Shown here piece by piece: positions 45,011-57,400 of a DNA stretch of 64,000 bases. A program made the position numbers and the translations under genes. The notes under the pieces are model-generated. The model was given only the letters and a program-made list of their open reading frames with translations, had not been told where the DNA came from and made no database searches. Position 1 is the first letter of the stretch; every line of letters starts with the position of its first letter. The DNA comes from Dysidea avara (Eukaryota): assembly GCF_963678975.1 (NCBI RefSeq), contig NC_089278.1, positions 6,672,531 to 6,736,530 of the forward strand. Direction: 5' to 3'.

Positions 45011-45338
45011 TTATCATTTAGTACATAAGATTGATGTATGACACAATTGTGGTGAAATTGTAAGGCTGCGAAATCTAACAACTGTCAGGGTCATATCCTA
45101 CGCTTTAAACTATGCGCGGTGCACGTGATCATATTAACAAGCTAGGAGTGGTTTGAAGAAGTGAACTTTTAGTTGTTCCAGTGTTCGCGAATATCTTGTC
45201 GTCTGAGTGTATACGTTTGTCGTGTTGTCCATCTTATGTGTAAGGTGGGAGTCTGCTGGCGTTAAACGGGTACTGATTTAATTTGTTTCGTCATCGTTGT
45301 AGTTTCAAGCCAGTTAAGGAGCTGATGTGAGGATACGA

Positions 45339-46026
45339 ATGGCAGCGATTAAAGGAGAAGATTTTCTTGGTAAAGTTTGGATAGTAATACTAGTAGATAT
45401 GGACTGCAGCTGTTATCACTTTAGTTACTAATAAACACTGTAATTGGCCAATAATTCATTCGCTAGTCTGTTTATTTGGTGTAAATATGCGTGTTGTTGT
45501 GAGGTGGGCTGGGCGAGCAGTATTGTCAATTATTCACTTTGTATAGCCACATTATCAACGGTGCTTAACATATGACAGCATGTAGTTAAGAAATGTAGTC
45601 TAGTTATGTGGTGGCTGTTGAGTCACTAGAAATGATGTGATCCATTTAAATAATTTGTTATCAAGTATCTGTTAAGTTGAGATAATCATTTGTGTGTTAT
45701 AGGTATGTGGCCAGTGTGTTGTGTAGTTACTGTAGATTTTGTGCAGGTGAACTACGGGTTTGCCATGTTAGTGATGTTCGTATGTTACTGCCGACAAAAT
45801 CATCAAACCCAGTGACACTGGCTGTTGGCCACTTGATTTGTTCCAACTTTCGTTTGAAGTTTATTCCTCTAGTAGACAAACTAAAGGTAGTGAAGGAGGA
45901 AGTGTTGATATTATCATGTTATCAGTATTGTGTAGGACACAGCTTCAGCAACAAATAAACTTGAAATCTACTTTGGATCTATCCAAACTGTCTGTTCAGG
46001 TATCCTATCATTGCATTTAAAATCTG

Positions 46027-46097
<71 letters not shown>

Positions 46098-49000
46098 ATG
46101 TTGTATGCAATATGTTAATGGGTTTAGTGTATAGAGTTATTGCAGTGCTTTTGTGCAGTGTCGGGATTTAAGAGACGCCTATTGGACCCCAAAAACACTC
46201 TTCCTCGAAATTTAGAGGTGATCGAGATCACTTGTAAGGTACAGCATTTGTGTTTTTTTTATCACATTAGAGATGAGCATCCACCTTCTGTATTGTGTGT
46301 AGGATTTCAGGCGAATTAGTTTCAGCTTCAAACATTGTCGAAAGAATGAAGCTTACTCGGTAATGCAATTGATACGAATGTATGGTATAGTGTGCATGTG
46401 TGTGTAATGTCCGTGTACCTGTGTGTGTCTGGACAGTTGTATTAATGGATAAGCTAATGCCAACTGACCATGAGCCACACAATGTGTGAGGTTCATGTAA
46501 ACTTCAGTGTGACTATAGCTGAAAGCTTTGCCTTTGCTTTGTGTGTTATATGCAAATGACGTGTGTATTTTCTGTGTGTACCAGTAGCCAAGTATGTTGT
46601 AACTGCCATGGTGCAAGAAATTACTATTTAAATTGTTAATTGACCATGGGTAATAGTTATAATTGCTTATTAACTTGGAGACTAATTGCAAGTGTGTACT
46701 AACACCTTAGCACATGCTGTAGCACAAGTGTCACATATGATTGTGGTTTCTACCCTCATTATATAGATGATGAATGCTGTACTGGTCTACTCCAACTCTC
46801 AGACCACTTCACTCTTTGCGTTTGATTATGTGAAGGAGTTGAGGAAAGATGAGTTGGAACAGTCAACTCTAAGCATAGCATCTGGTGAGTGTGTTTGCGT
46901 GCATGTGTGTGTGGTGTGTGTATGTAGTGTGGTGGTGTGACCAGGTACTAGTACAGTTCTGGAGAAATGTTACATATACCAATTCAATGCTATTGCTATT
47001 GAATATCTGTAGAAAAATTTATTAGTTTGGTGTATTTAAATGTAGTTGTGAGGTTTAATTACTTCATTCAAGTCTTTGAAGAAATGTAAGACTTCTAGAT
47101 GAAGGCCATCTTGCTTATGATTTCATTGTTGTGCATGTTTGCTGTTGTCCAAATATCACTTCTGATCTTTACCATTGCACAGATCATTCTCCTGTGACTT
47201 TTCTTAATGCAAGAGACTGGGAAAAGGTATGGATACATCTAACATTGTCGTTCCCCTTGCTACAGTACCTATATATGTACTAACTGCATGTGAGATGCAT
47301 GCTGAACTCATGTACACATGCATACATGTATGTACATAGATACAGACTGAATGACAAGTTTACATAAAGAAATTTGTATGATTCCAAGAGTTTCATGTTT
47401 GGTCATACATAACTGGCTATCCTATAACAGTAACAAAAGTGCATTCATCTTGAGAATAATATAATATTGTTAGTGCCGATATATGGTTGCTATCGTGATA
47501 CAGTATAGCGTTTCACTCGATGATCATACTTGCTAGTCTGCTGTTATTCTTGTTATTATTAGGAGTTACAGCGGTTAGGCTGGTCCCCTGGCTCTTGGAG
47601 AGTGTGTGAGATTAATCGGACGTTTACGTTTAGTGACAGGTACCCTGTTCATGTGTGTATATTTGATGTAGTATTTCTTTGTTTATTTACAGTTTGCCGC
47701 CATATTTTGTTGTGCCTGAGTCAGTTGCTGATCAGGCTCTGTACCATGTTGCCCGTCTGCACCATGGCAACAGGCTGCCAGTATGTTCACATGATCTATA
47801 ATATCATGTATTCATTGGTATATCATTGTTACAGGTGTGGTGTTGGTCTCACCCTGAACATGGTACTTCTATACTGAGGTGTTCATCTCCAACTATTAGT
47901 GAATCAGATAAGCCTTCTGATATGAAGTACGTGTATGTTGGTGTATTGTCAATAAACCTCTCTATATGAGTTTGTATACTCCTCTGATGGGTTTGCAAAC
48001 TTGTTATTGTACTACTAATATGTGAAGTGTGTCCCTCTGTAAACTTAGTCCCACTGGCACAGTACATATTAGAGAACTAGGTGACTTTTGTGTGTGTGTG
48101 TGTGTGTGTGTGGTTTGTACTGTTTTGTGTTCTGGTCTTTAGTTACATCTGGGCAGCATCTCATGGTCGCACTATGAAGCCATTTGATCTATCAACAAAG
48201 TGTTGTACTGTCAAAGATGTCACTGTATCCTTTACTAAGCTGCGGGAACTGTGCATGCCAGGTAATTGGAATATCATATCTGTTCATTTATAATGCTCTA
48301 TGTTAACTGGATAGTGTCAGAACATGATATAAAGAATGCAGAGAGGCGTTGGCTGTCACTTCTGAACTCTTCTCGTTGGATGGAGCTAGTTAGGTGAGTG
48401 TGTACTGATCAACGAGACAACAACAATTACATTATGTTACCACACAATAGTTGAAATAGTTATGTATTCATTGATTTTAGATAAGTTTACCTGTTGCTTC
48501 TATTGTGCTGTCTGTAGTTATGTGTAGTGCCATAGTGTTCGAATCTTGTTATGACTGGTTGATTTTACAACACACTCCATGCTGTGTGATTCAAACAAAA
48601 GACACAAATGTATGTGACTGTCTCAGCAAAAGCCTGCCTAGTTCACTTTTTTTTTCGGTATCTCTAGTGTCCAATGGAATGGATAACCAAAGTTTCGGGT
48701 GAGATACTGCTAGACATGCACAGTAGGAAGAGGAAGGAAATCTATTTGTAAGCAGGTGCTTACAATCGCAGCCATTACTTCCGTTTACATTAGTCTACAG
48801 CAGACTTAAAATGTTTCTGCCATGGATTGGCAAATCAATCAAGGTATAGTTTTAGCACTGTAGTCACTTATGCATTTACTTATGAAGGCAGTTTTATTGA
48901 AGAATCATGACAACAGTCTTGTTTACATCTGCCACATCGTAAGCTTTTTTGACATGCACACCATTGGTGGTACAGAAACAAAACTAACATTTTCGACTCT

Positions 49001-52000
49001 CCATGAGCTGGTGAATAAGATGGTGTATAGTTCAAATCGATTTGTCTGAGATTAAAACTTGCATTTTTTGTTTGTAGCATGCGTAATTTTATGATTTTTA
49101 AAAATAATTTGGTTTTTCTCTAAATGTTGTGCAAACTAGGTGGATTTTTCAAAACCTGACTTGTTTGCACAAGCATGTGTATTGAGAAAAACAAAAGTTC
49201 ATAAAATTACGTATGCTACAAAGAAAAATACGCAAGTTTTTATCGGGCCAGTATGTGAAGAAGGAAAGCTCAATTGATTAAAACTATATACCATCTTATT
49301 CGCTTGCTCCTGGAAAGTTCAAAAATCTTTGTTTCGTTTCTGTAGCTCCAATGGTATATGTGTCACAAGCGTTTGTTTACAATGTGGTAAACGTAAACAA
49401 GATCGTCATCATTTCTTCTACCTAACCGCCTTCATATCCACATGCGCAAGTGACTACAGGGCTAACACTATACCTTGGCTGATGTGCTAATCCACGATGA
49501 ACATTTTAAGCCAAATTGCAACGTTGTAGACTAATCCAAACAGAGGTTTGGCTGTGAATGGTAAGCGTCTGTAGTTTATTTTCAGTGTAGTCGCTGTACA
49601 AATTGATTATCTTGCTCTTCCTATTCTGTCTGGCGCTATAATTCCAAAACTGCTCATCATAGAAGGCTGAAACTTTGGTGATCCATTCCTTAGACACTGC
49701 AGATAATGCTGAGAAAATTTTTAAAAAAAATCTGAAATTGTGCAAACGAGTTGGGTTTTTGCTGAGATGGTCACATACTGTATGTGTTGTGTATGTTACA
49801 CGCACAGAGAAGCTTCTATAGCATGACTGTGTGCATGTGTGTTTGTAATGTATTATCATTCTTCTACAATCATTTACTCTACAGGTCTTGCCTCCAAATA
49901 GCTGTTGAAGCACAGAAGGTACTCTGTGAGGCTTGTTCTGTGTTACTCATTGGTAAGTGCAACACTTGTTGTAAACATTGTTAGCTGGTTGTCATGTTAA
50001 GTGATATGGCAGGTTGGAGTGTCAACAGACCAACTATGTAAATAGTGTATTTATCATCTGCTATAACTTGTGGGTAATAGCCACAAGAATGTAACACCCT
50101 TAAACCTTCCTTTTACACCTGATGATATACCATTGTGTGGTGATGGGGTTGTAGAGAAGCCTTCTAAGCGATTAACAAATTTCGCTACTTTTACAAGCAG
50201 CAGCTGCCAACAATTTGCCTATTAGAAGTTTACTACTTCCTGTGAAAGTTGTTGGAGGGTTCATATTTTAAACTTATAAGGTATGAGTGGGGCCCTATAG
50301 TAGTTGCCATAAATAAGGCATAGATGAAATTGATAGTTGGCAAATATTGTTAACTGTTAGCACTTAATTTTGTATGTATGTTGTAATGCTTTTTGTCTAA
50401 TTTACAAGATTGAATAAGCAAAAATTTAAATACAGTTAGGTTTCACTATTAGTATCACTGGTGTCCTTGAATAACTAATGACCATATGAATTTAAAATTC
50501 CTTGAATTTTATTGGTCATAATGCATTACTTAGTACATAATGAGAAGTTGTAAACCTTGTAATTTTATGTGTGTCTTTTCACTACCTTAACAACTACATG
50601 AGCGAGACTTCATAGATGTATCATAATTGGTTGTTCCTTAGGTTTAAATGAGATGTGGTATTAGCAAAATGTTTTTGTACCAGTTATGTACTGTCTGCCT
50701 ACATTTTTGCATATTTGACGATGTTTGTAGTATATGGGCTGTCAAAAGTTTTGTCCTTAGCTATATAATAGTTTAGTAGGAAAAATTGTACTGTAACATG
50801 ACTGGAATCAACTCTGTACAAATCAGTTGATTGTAACTCACAACACTACACTGTATGGAGTCATGCTTTTTAAAGTGATCATGGATTTTTACTAGGCACT
50901 CTCCAGTATTAACAAATTACACTATTCCTTATATCAGACCCTACGGCTCAAGTACGTATTAAGGGGTTAATCTGTAAAGCCTTTTAGGTAGAGATGCAAA
51001 GAAAGATATTTTTTGCTTTTCACGAATGAGCAAATGTTTTACATACATTTTATTGTTTGAACTGGAGTGGATTAATTAGCACTTAAAAAAAAGTATGCTA
51101 ATGTTGGAAAAATAGAAACATGTCAAGTTTTCACATATCTGGGGCACATATTGGTGTGTGTGTGTGTCGGTGTAGTGTGTTGCGTATGTAACAAGTTCAT
51201 TGTGTCATTACAGAGGCAGATGGGAGGGACATTAGTTGTGTGGTCAGCTCGCTAGTACAGCTCATGTGTGATCCACACTGTCGGAGCATCATCGGATTTG
51301 AAATGTTGATCCAAAAAGAGTGGGTTGCCATGGGGCATCCATTTTGCAGCCGTAACAAACTGACCAGTTCGTTTAAAGGTGACGATGAAACTGATACAAG
51401 CCAAGTGAGATAGTTGCTATATCTGCTACACAATTATTTATTGCTTGCTGTAGGCACCAGTGTTTCTTCTGTTTCTGGATTGTGTTTGGCAACTCACTGA
51501 GCAGTTCCCATCAGCTTTTGCGTTTTCTAGTGTTTACTTGAAGGAGTTGCACATTTGCAGTCTATCAAATTTGTATGGGACATTTGTGTTTGATAGTTGC
51601 CGAGATATGTACAATGTGGTAAATGGGGTGCAGCCGGGTGGCAAGAAGGCCATACAAAAACCATTAACCATTGAAGAGTGTGCTGCCTATATGGAGAGCG
51701 CGTGGGGAAAGTGGACTGACCAGCTAAGCAGTTTTGATGATAAGGAAGACGTTCTCAACCCGTTGTATTATTTATTCAGTTCGCAGGCTAAAGAGGAACC
51801 TCATAATACTGCCAGCCCTCTACCAATTGACTATGGATTTGTATCAGTTGTTGTAGATGACGAAGCAGTGGATGAGTTTCTAGGAGGACTTGTGGGACTG
51901 TACGACACACCTGGGCAAGAAGCTTCTGTCAAGAAAAATCATCAATCTTCTGTGGAATTAGTTCCTAACACTTGTGCAGCCTGTATTAAGTTCTGGTCAC

Positions 52001-52575
52001 AATTGTTCTTGTCTGGTTTTCCAGACTTAAGTGAACCAGATGGTCATAAGCTACATGTCCAGAGACATCAGAGTATGCTTGTTTGTCAGATCAGAAAACA
52101 AAGAGACAAACTACACATGAGTGAGCTAGCCAATGGATCATTTGCTTTTGATCTTATCAACCACGAAGTAAGCCATCACTCGTTCGGGAGTCAATCTGGA
52201 GGGAGCAGCGATTTCTCTCCCATGCCGTCACCCCTACCCACACCTATCACACATAGTAATGGAGACATTGCTGGGTCACCTCTGTCTACTCATCTAACCA
52301 ATGGTATCATTTCCAGGAGAGACACTTACCATGGCGATGAGACAACTGTTAGTCACAGTCCACTGACACGCTCATTAACATCCACTCCACAAGGTAGCCG
52401 AATTGTTCGAGGAAAAGTGACCATTAAAAGAGAAAGAGACAGTAAGAAAAAACAAGACAGACACATGTACACAGCATCAGATAGTCCACCCATTATCACA
52501 ACTAAGGACACAACAAGAATTAGAACACACACTCCTGTACACTACACTAATGGCACAGAAAGTCACTACCTGTAA
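45339..52575 (+). CDS. Myotubularin-related pseudophosphatase (MTMR10/11/12-like), with an inactive catalytic loop. More than 14 exons; the last exon is long (51460-52575).
   Basis: Exon 1 reads MAAIKGEDFLG followed by a gtaaag donor. GRAM/PH exons read GELRVCHVSDVRMLLPTKSSNPVTLAVGHLICSNFRLKFIP and EVIEITCKDFRRISFSFKHCRKNEAYS. The phosphatase-domain exons are as follows. (1) FAFDYVKELRKDELEQSTLSIASG (46760-46890). (2) DHSPVTFLNARDWEK. (3) VWCWSHPEHGTSILRCSSP (47827-47935). (4) MKPFDLSTKCCTVKDVTVSFTKLRELCMPG. (5) SCLQIAVEAQKVLCEACSVLLIG (49860-49950). (6) AEADGRDISCVVSSLVQLMCDPHCRSIIGFEMLIQKEWVAMGHPF (51220-51410). (7) PVFLLFLDCVWQLTEQFPSAFAFSSVYLKEL (51460 onward). In place of the CSDGWDRT active-site loop the sequence has EADGRDIS, so the catalytic Cys and Arg are both lost. 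Confidence 0.8.
46030..46093. repeat. (GT)n microsatellite, in an MTMR intron.
   Basis: Direct read. A shorter (GT)9 run lies at 48095-48112. Confidence 0.95.
49054..49240. mobile_element. MITE-like element with about 45-bp terminal inverted repeats, in an MTMR intron.
   Basis: The sequence AAAACTTGCATTTTTTGTTTGTAGCATGCGTAATTTTATGA (about 49054) pairs with TCATAAAATTACGTATGCTACAAAGAAAAATACGCAAGTTTT (about 49198-49240). Confidence 0.4.
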
Positions 52576-52650
52576 CTAGCACACACAGCGTTCTCATATG
52601 ACTATTTAATTTTTAATCATTTTAATGCAAATTAATGTACACCAGTTTAG

Positions 52651-53621
52651 TCAGCATTGTTCTAACATGATAACTTCTCTAGGAACACTACAGTCAGTTA
52701 CTAGCTTACAAGAGGAACATTTGAAGTAGCCATCATCCTTGATTAGTTTCTTGAACATGTCCATACTACCCCCAACTCCAAAGTAATGACACTTGCCAGC
52801 AACCAATACTCTTCCTGTAACAGGCTTGACATGTTTCTTCATCATTTCTAGTAACTTTGGTTGTGACTCCACACAGTAGATAGTTTCTGAGGTTACAATA
52901 AGATCATATTTTAAGCTAATGTCATCACTTGGGTTCATCACACCAACAAGCTCTGACCAATCACCAGCAAAGAATGTTGTTACTGGTGATTGTGTGGCAG
53001 GAATATTTGATAAAATGTTAGGGATTGTGATGAGGTGGATAACACCAGGATTATAATCCTGGAATGTTGCATGCTCTGCTCCATGAAGAGCAGCAAAGAT
53101 CCCAGGTAGTCCAGCACCACAACCAAGTTCTAGTACACGAACACCATGTAAGTCAATGACACCAGTACTGAGGTATTCCACAAGATCACAACTACCTTCC
53201 CAAATCTTAAGCCCACCCTCGTATACTCCAGGGACCAGATCACAGTTCTTAGAAGCTGCTTCTAACAGAGTGGAACAAGACTCCAGTGTGTCTCTTTGTT
53301 GAGTTAGTGTCCTCAGCTCCTTAACCTGTTGTCCAATGTTGTCAAGTAATGCACATTGTAACTGAACTGAAGCACAATTGGTTGTTGTGTATTTGTGCCT
53401 TTCTGCTAGCTGGTGATGAAATGGCTCAATAAATATCTCACGTGCTGGGAGCGCCGCTGCATTATTAGTGTCTGCATTAAACAAATAGAATCAATCCATG
53501 TTACCAGTTCCTCACGTTGCTGTTCGGGCTCGATGTCTCTCGCAGTCTCTGCATCATTGTCTAGCTGAAAGTTGAACCTAAACTGGGTCGTGGTAGCCAT
53601 ATTACCATTTATATAAACCAC
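52651..53621 (-). CDS. METTL18: Histidine protein methyltransferase METTL18/HPM1-like (seven-beta-strand MTase). It has 2 exons separated by a 44-nt intron.
   Basis: Exon 1 (about 53516-53621) reads MATTTQFRFNFQLDNDAETARDIEPEQQ, followed by a gtgagg donor. A tttaatgcag acceptor precedes exon 2 (52651-53471). Exon 2 reads TNNAAALPAREIFIEPFHH...VPGVYEGGLKIWEGSCDLVEYL...HGVRVLELGCGAGLPGI (SAM motif I)...FQDYNPGVI...FFAGDWSE...KYDLIVTSETIY...VLVAGKCHYFGVGG. It is collinear with human METTL18. Confidence 0.8.
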
Positions 53622-53780
53622 TCTCGGATAATTAGCGCGGGGCCGAAATCCACATGCTCTGCATGACTGGTGACGTATTAAGTCAGGATTAAATTAAAGT
53701 CGTCACACCATATCAAGTTCCTGCGGCTTATAAATAGCTGTTTTGGGCGCTGTTACTACCGCCCTAGCAGGATAATTCCG
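53622..53780. promoter_or_regulatory. Putative bidirectional promoter between METTL18-like (minus) and the FMN reductase gene (plus).
   Basis: The start codons are about 160 bp apart. A TATAAATA sequence lies at about 53730 in the plus orientation. Confidence 0.35.
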
Positions 53781-54446
53781 ATGGCTGCTCCTACTACTGC
53801 AAAGAGAGTCTTGCATTACTTACTGTTCAAAGGAACGGTACGTGAAGGGAACTACGGGACACGTGTTTGCACTTTCCTGAAGAAAACTATTGAGGAACGT
53901 GGAAACAAGGCCACTGTGATTGGTAGGGTTCTTGTATAAACAAAAAAGGATAGTATAAATTGTTGCTCTCTAGATCCTGAAGTGCTGGATCTACCTCTGC
54001 TGAAAAAGCCACTACACTTTTATCAAGATCGGAGTCAGGCACCACAAGTTCTCCATGATGTGGACAAACTTATACGGGATTGTGACGGGTTTATATTTGT
54101 CTCAGCTGAATACAACCAGTCCCTTCCTCCAGCACTGACCAACACAGTGGATCACTTCCCACCAGCATCTTTCAAGCATCGTCCAGCTGGTGTCTGTACC
54201 TACTCCATGGGCCGATTTGCTGGTGTTAGAGCTGGAGTGATTATTAGAGCTTTCCTCTCAGAGATTGGCACCCTTCACATCCCTGCTACCTTCTCTATAG
54301 GTGAAGTACATAAAGCCTTCAGTGAAGATGGAGTACCCACAGAGGATCGGACAAAAGAGAGTGCTGCTCGCATGCTTAAAGAACTAGACTGGTATGCTAC
54401 AGCAATTTGTGATTCCAAAGAAAAATATGGAGCACCCAGCACCTAA
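53781..54446 (+). CDS. NAD(P)H-dependent FMN reductase-like flavoprotein (flavodoxin fold, FMN_red family). It has 2 exons separated by a 51-nt intron.
   Basis: Exon 1 (53781-53921) reads MAAPTTAKRVLHYLLFKGTVREGNYGTRVCTFLKKTIEERGNKATVI, followed by a gtaggg donor. After a ctctctag acceptor, exon 2 (53973-54446) reads DPEVLDLPLLKKPLHFYQDRSQAPQVLHDVDKLIRDCDGFIFVSAEYNQSLPPALTNTVDHF.... The segment DGFIFVSAEYNQSLPPALTNTVDHF matches the FMN_red core motif (xPEYNxSxPxxLKNAID). Confidence 0.7.
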
Positions 54447-54491
54447 AAATTAGTGAACAACATTTAGAAATTTAAACAATTATTTTAGACA

Positions 54492-57400
54492 TTAAGGTTT
54501 TTTGCATATGCATTCATATTGTAGTGTTTGACAGCAAACCTTAACAGTTTTTAGTCTTCCTTGAGTTGAACTGTCTGTGGAATGTATTGTTGTAGATGAG
54601 CTTGTAGAACTACAGTTGGTATCTACACTTGCACTGTCATCATTCTTTCTTGTCCGTTCATTTGGTAATGGTGACGGAGATTTGAGGTAATTGTATTGGA
54701 CTGCTCTGGCAGGACGCCATGGTTGTTTGGGAGTTTTTTCAGTTACTTTTACAGTAGACTTTAGTAGCTTTTTCTCTTCATCTTTTCTCTGTTTCCAGTG
54801 ATCAAACGCCATTTTTGACAAGTTTTGGTCACTAGATGCTATTTTCGGTTGCTGTTCTTGCTTCTGTAGTTTGTGTGTTTCAGACAATACTTTGTTTTTA
54901 TTCTCCAGCCTAACAATACAACCAGATGTTGTATGTCGTAGGGTAACATCTACTAACATACCATTTGTCAAAAGCCAATCTGGAGATGCTTTTCCGCTCA
55001 GCTTCTTGTTCTAATCTTTGCTTCTCTTCTTCACGTTGTTTAGCTTGCTTGGCATGTAAGCCTTTCAATTTTTCACCCTTCTGTTTCTGCCATGAAGCTA
55101 TAACAATTTCTGCTTGCTGTTTCCTCTCGTCAGCTTTGCTAGCTTCCTCCTCTTCTCTCTCTAAAATGAGTCGAGTACAAATGTATGTTGTTATACATAC
55201 ATACATTTTGTAATGGAACAGAAAATAGGTAGGGCTGGGCGGTAACTTGGTATTGTCAAACTGTTGATGACTTGTATCAACCAATTACAGTGAAATATTA
55301 CTAATGACCACAATTTTCTTGCCTTAAATATTGTTAGTGTCGATCACACCGTGATATTGCAGAAATAGGAATGGAATGACCAAACCTTTTCTGGTCACTG
55401 TCAAGCTCCCAGTACCACGTGTCAGTCGTGCACCTACATAGCTACAATTATTGTATTTACTAGCATTTGTGTAGTAGGGACATGTCAATTTTGCTGACAA
55501 ATTTTTAGCATAATGGGTGGGTAAAAGCAATGAGCAAAATGCTGGCATAATACATGTAGGTGCAATTTTTGTGTAGTAAACATAAAAATTACACAAAAGA
55601 TCAAGATACTCTAATAGAACAGTCACACAAGATAAACATATAGCTAATTGTTATGGGAAGAATAGTGGCAACCAATCACATATATTAAGCAATAGTGGCT
55701 AGCTTCTTGCTATATAACATGCAGATCAAGATACCCTAATAGAACAGTCACTTTAAGGTGAAATTGCAGCTTTGCACTTGGAAATGGTCAATTAACAAAG
55801 TTTAATGCTGAGCAAAATAGATAATTCTTGAGCAAAATATGGAACATGATAGGTGAAAAATAAAGAATTGCTGGAAAGAAAAATAGGTGGAAAAAAAGAA
55901 GCAAAATAGCCTATTGTAGATCAACCCATTGTTTGAGGATCAAAATTCTCTAATAGAGTAGTCAGCAATTGTAAATATTCTCTAATTAAGCAGTCACTAA
56001 CTGTAATATTAGCATTCAACAGTTCTTTACTGTTGGATTCTCATCCTGTATTTAAGTAGTTATAAGTCAGTGTTCACACAGTATGGCTATTAAAAACAAG
56101 CTACTTATGCCACAGAATAGCTACTTGGGCCAGCACCCCAAACATCCTTTGACATAACTTTAATAGCCATACTGTGTGAACACTGACTTATAATCCAACA
56201 AAAAAATACATCACAGTTAGTGACTGCTTAATAATATTACAATTGCTGACTGCTCTATTAGAGAAATTCAATCTTGAAACACAGTGAGTCTAGTCATTGA
56301 TATACACAAATGACAATAACTATGTAGTTGCATGTCAGCATGACTAACATGTAGTAGAACTTGACAGTGAGCACAAAAGTTTGGCCATTCCAGATTCTGG
56401 TTATTATAAGTTGCCACTAAAAATCAAAAAAATTGAAATACTCTAATAGAGCAGTCGATTGATCAATAACAGCCAATTATTCTAATAAAGCATTCACCAA
56501 ATTGATTGAATTGATGATAACCACATAAGAATGATAATTAATATTCAGGAGCACATTGAATCCCAATGCTCAATGCGCTCCTGTAATATTGTGATATATC
56601 AAACAGTACATAGTACTGTTTATAAGTAGAGATCCCCCCAAAATGATGTGCGCTGCCTAAAATGCCACCTTTACAAATTGATCATCCTAGAAACATCTTA
56701 CATGACGAAACTTTACGGAATAAAATTAGTGATTCCAGAACACCTTATATGAAACTGCTACAATAAGGCTTAAATATTTTGAAAGCAATTATTTTGCAGA
56801 TTAAATTTGAAATTTCTAGCTGTAGAGAACCACTGACTGACTGTTCAAGGCAAATAGAATCTGACAAGGGGGTGCACCAGGGTAGTATGAACATTTAAGC
56901 TGATAAAGAGTAGTTTCAAAGTATGAATATCTAAATCGTAGTAATACATTGTGCTGTCCGGCTGAATGGTCTGCCTTATATAGTCATAGGGATCAGTGAC
57001 AGTCAGAGTAGCTAACTAGTTAGTTCAGTTATGAGTTGAATAGTAAATTGTCATATAGAATGGGACCTGGCGCTCCAAATAAGTGGCCCAATCAGCACAC
57101 GGGAAACTGTTTCCTAGCACAGATCATTGAATTTAGGATTATGTATCGTATAAGTGTAACAAGGTACAGTGTAGCACTTAATGACACATAGGCATGTAAC
57201 CACTGTACCTTTCTCTTGTTTTATCTTCAGCTTCTCCATCATGTCTTTATCCTTCTTAGCCTTCCATATCTTATATGCCTTCTTACAATCAGCTTCTAAC
57301 TGTTCTTTTTTTGCAATAGCTTGTAACTCTTCATTTTGTAGTTCACTCTTGCTCTTAGTCTCTTTGATCTTCTTTTCTTTGATCTTTGCCTTCTTCTCTG

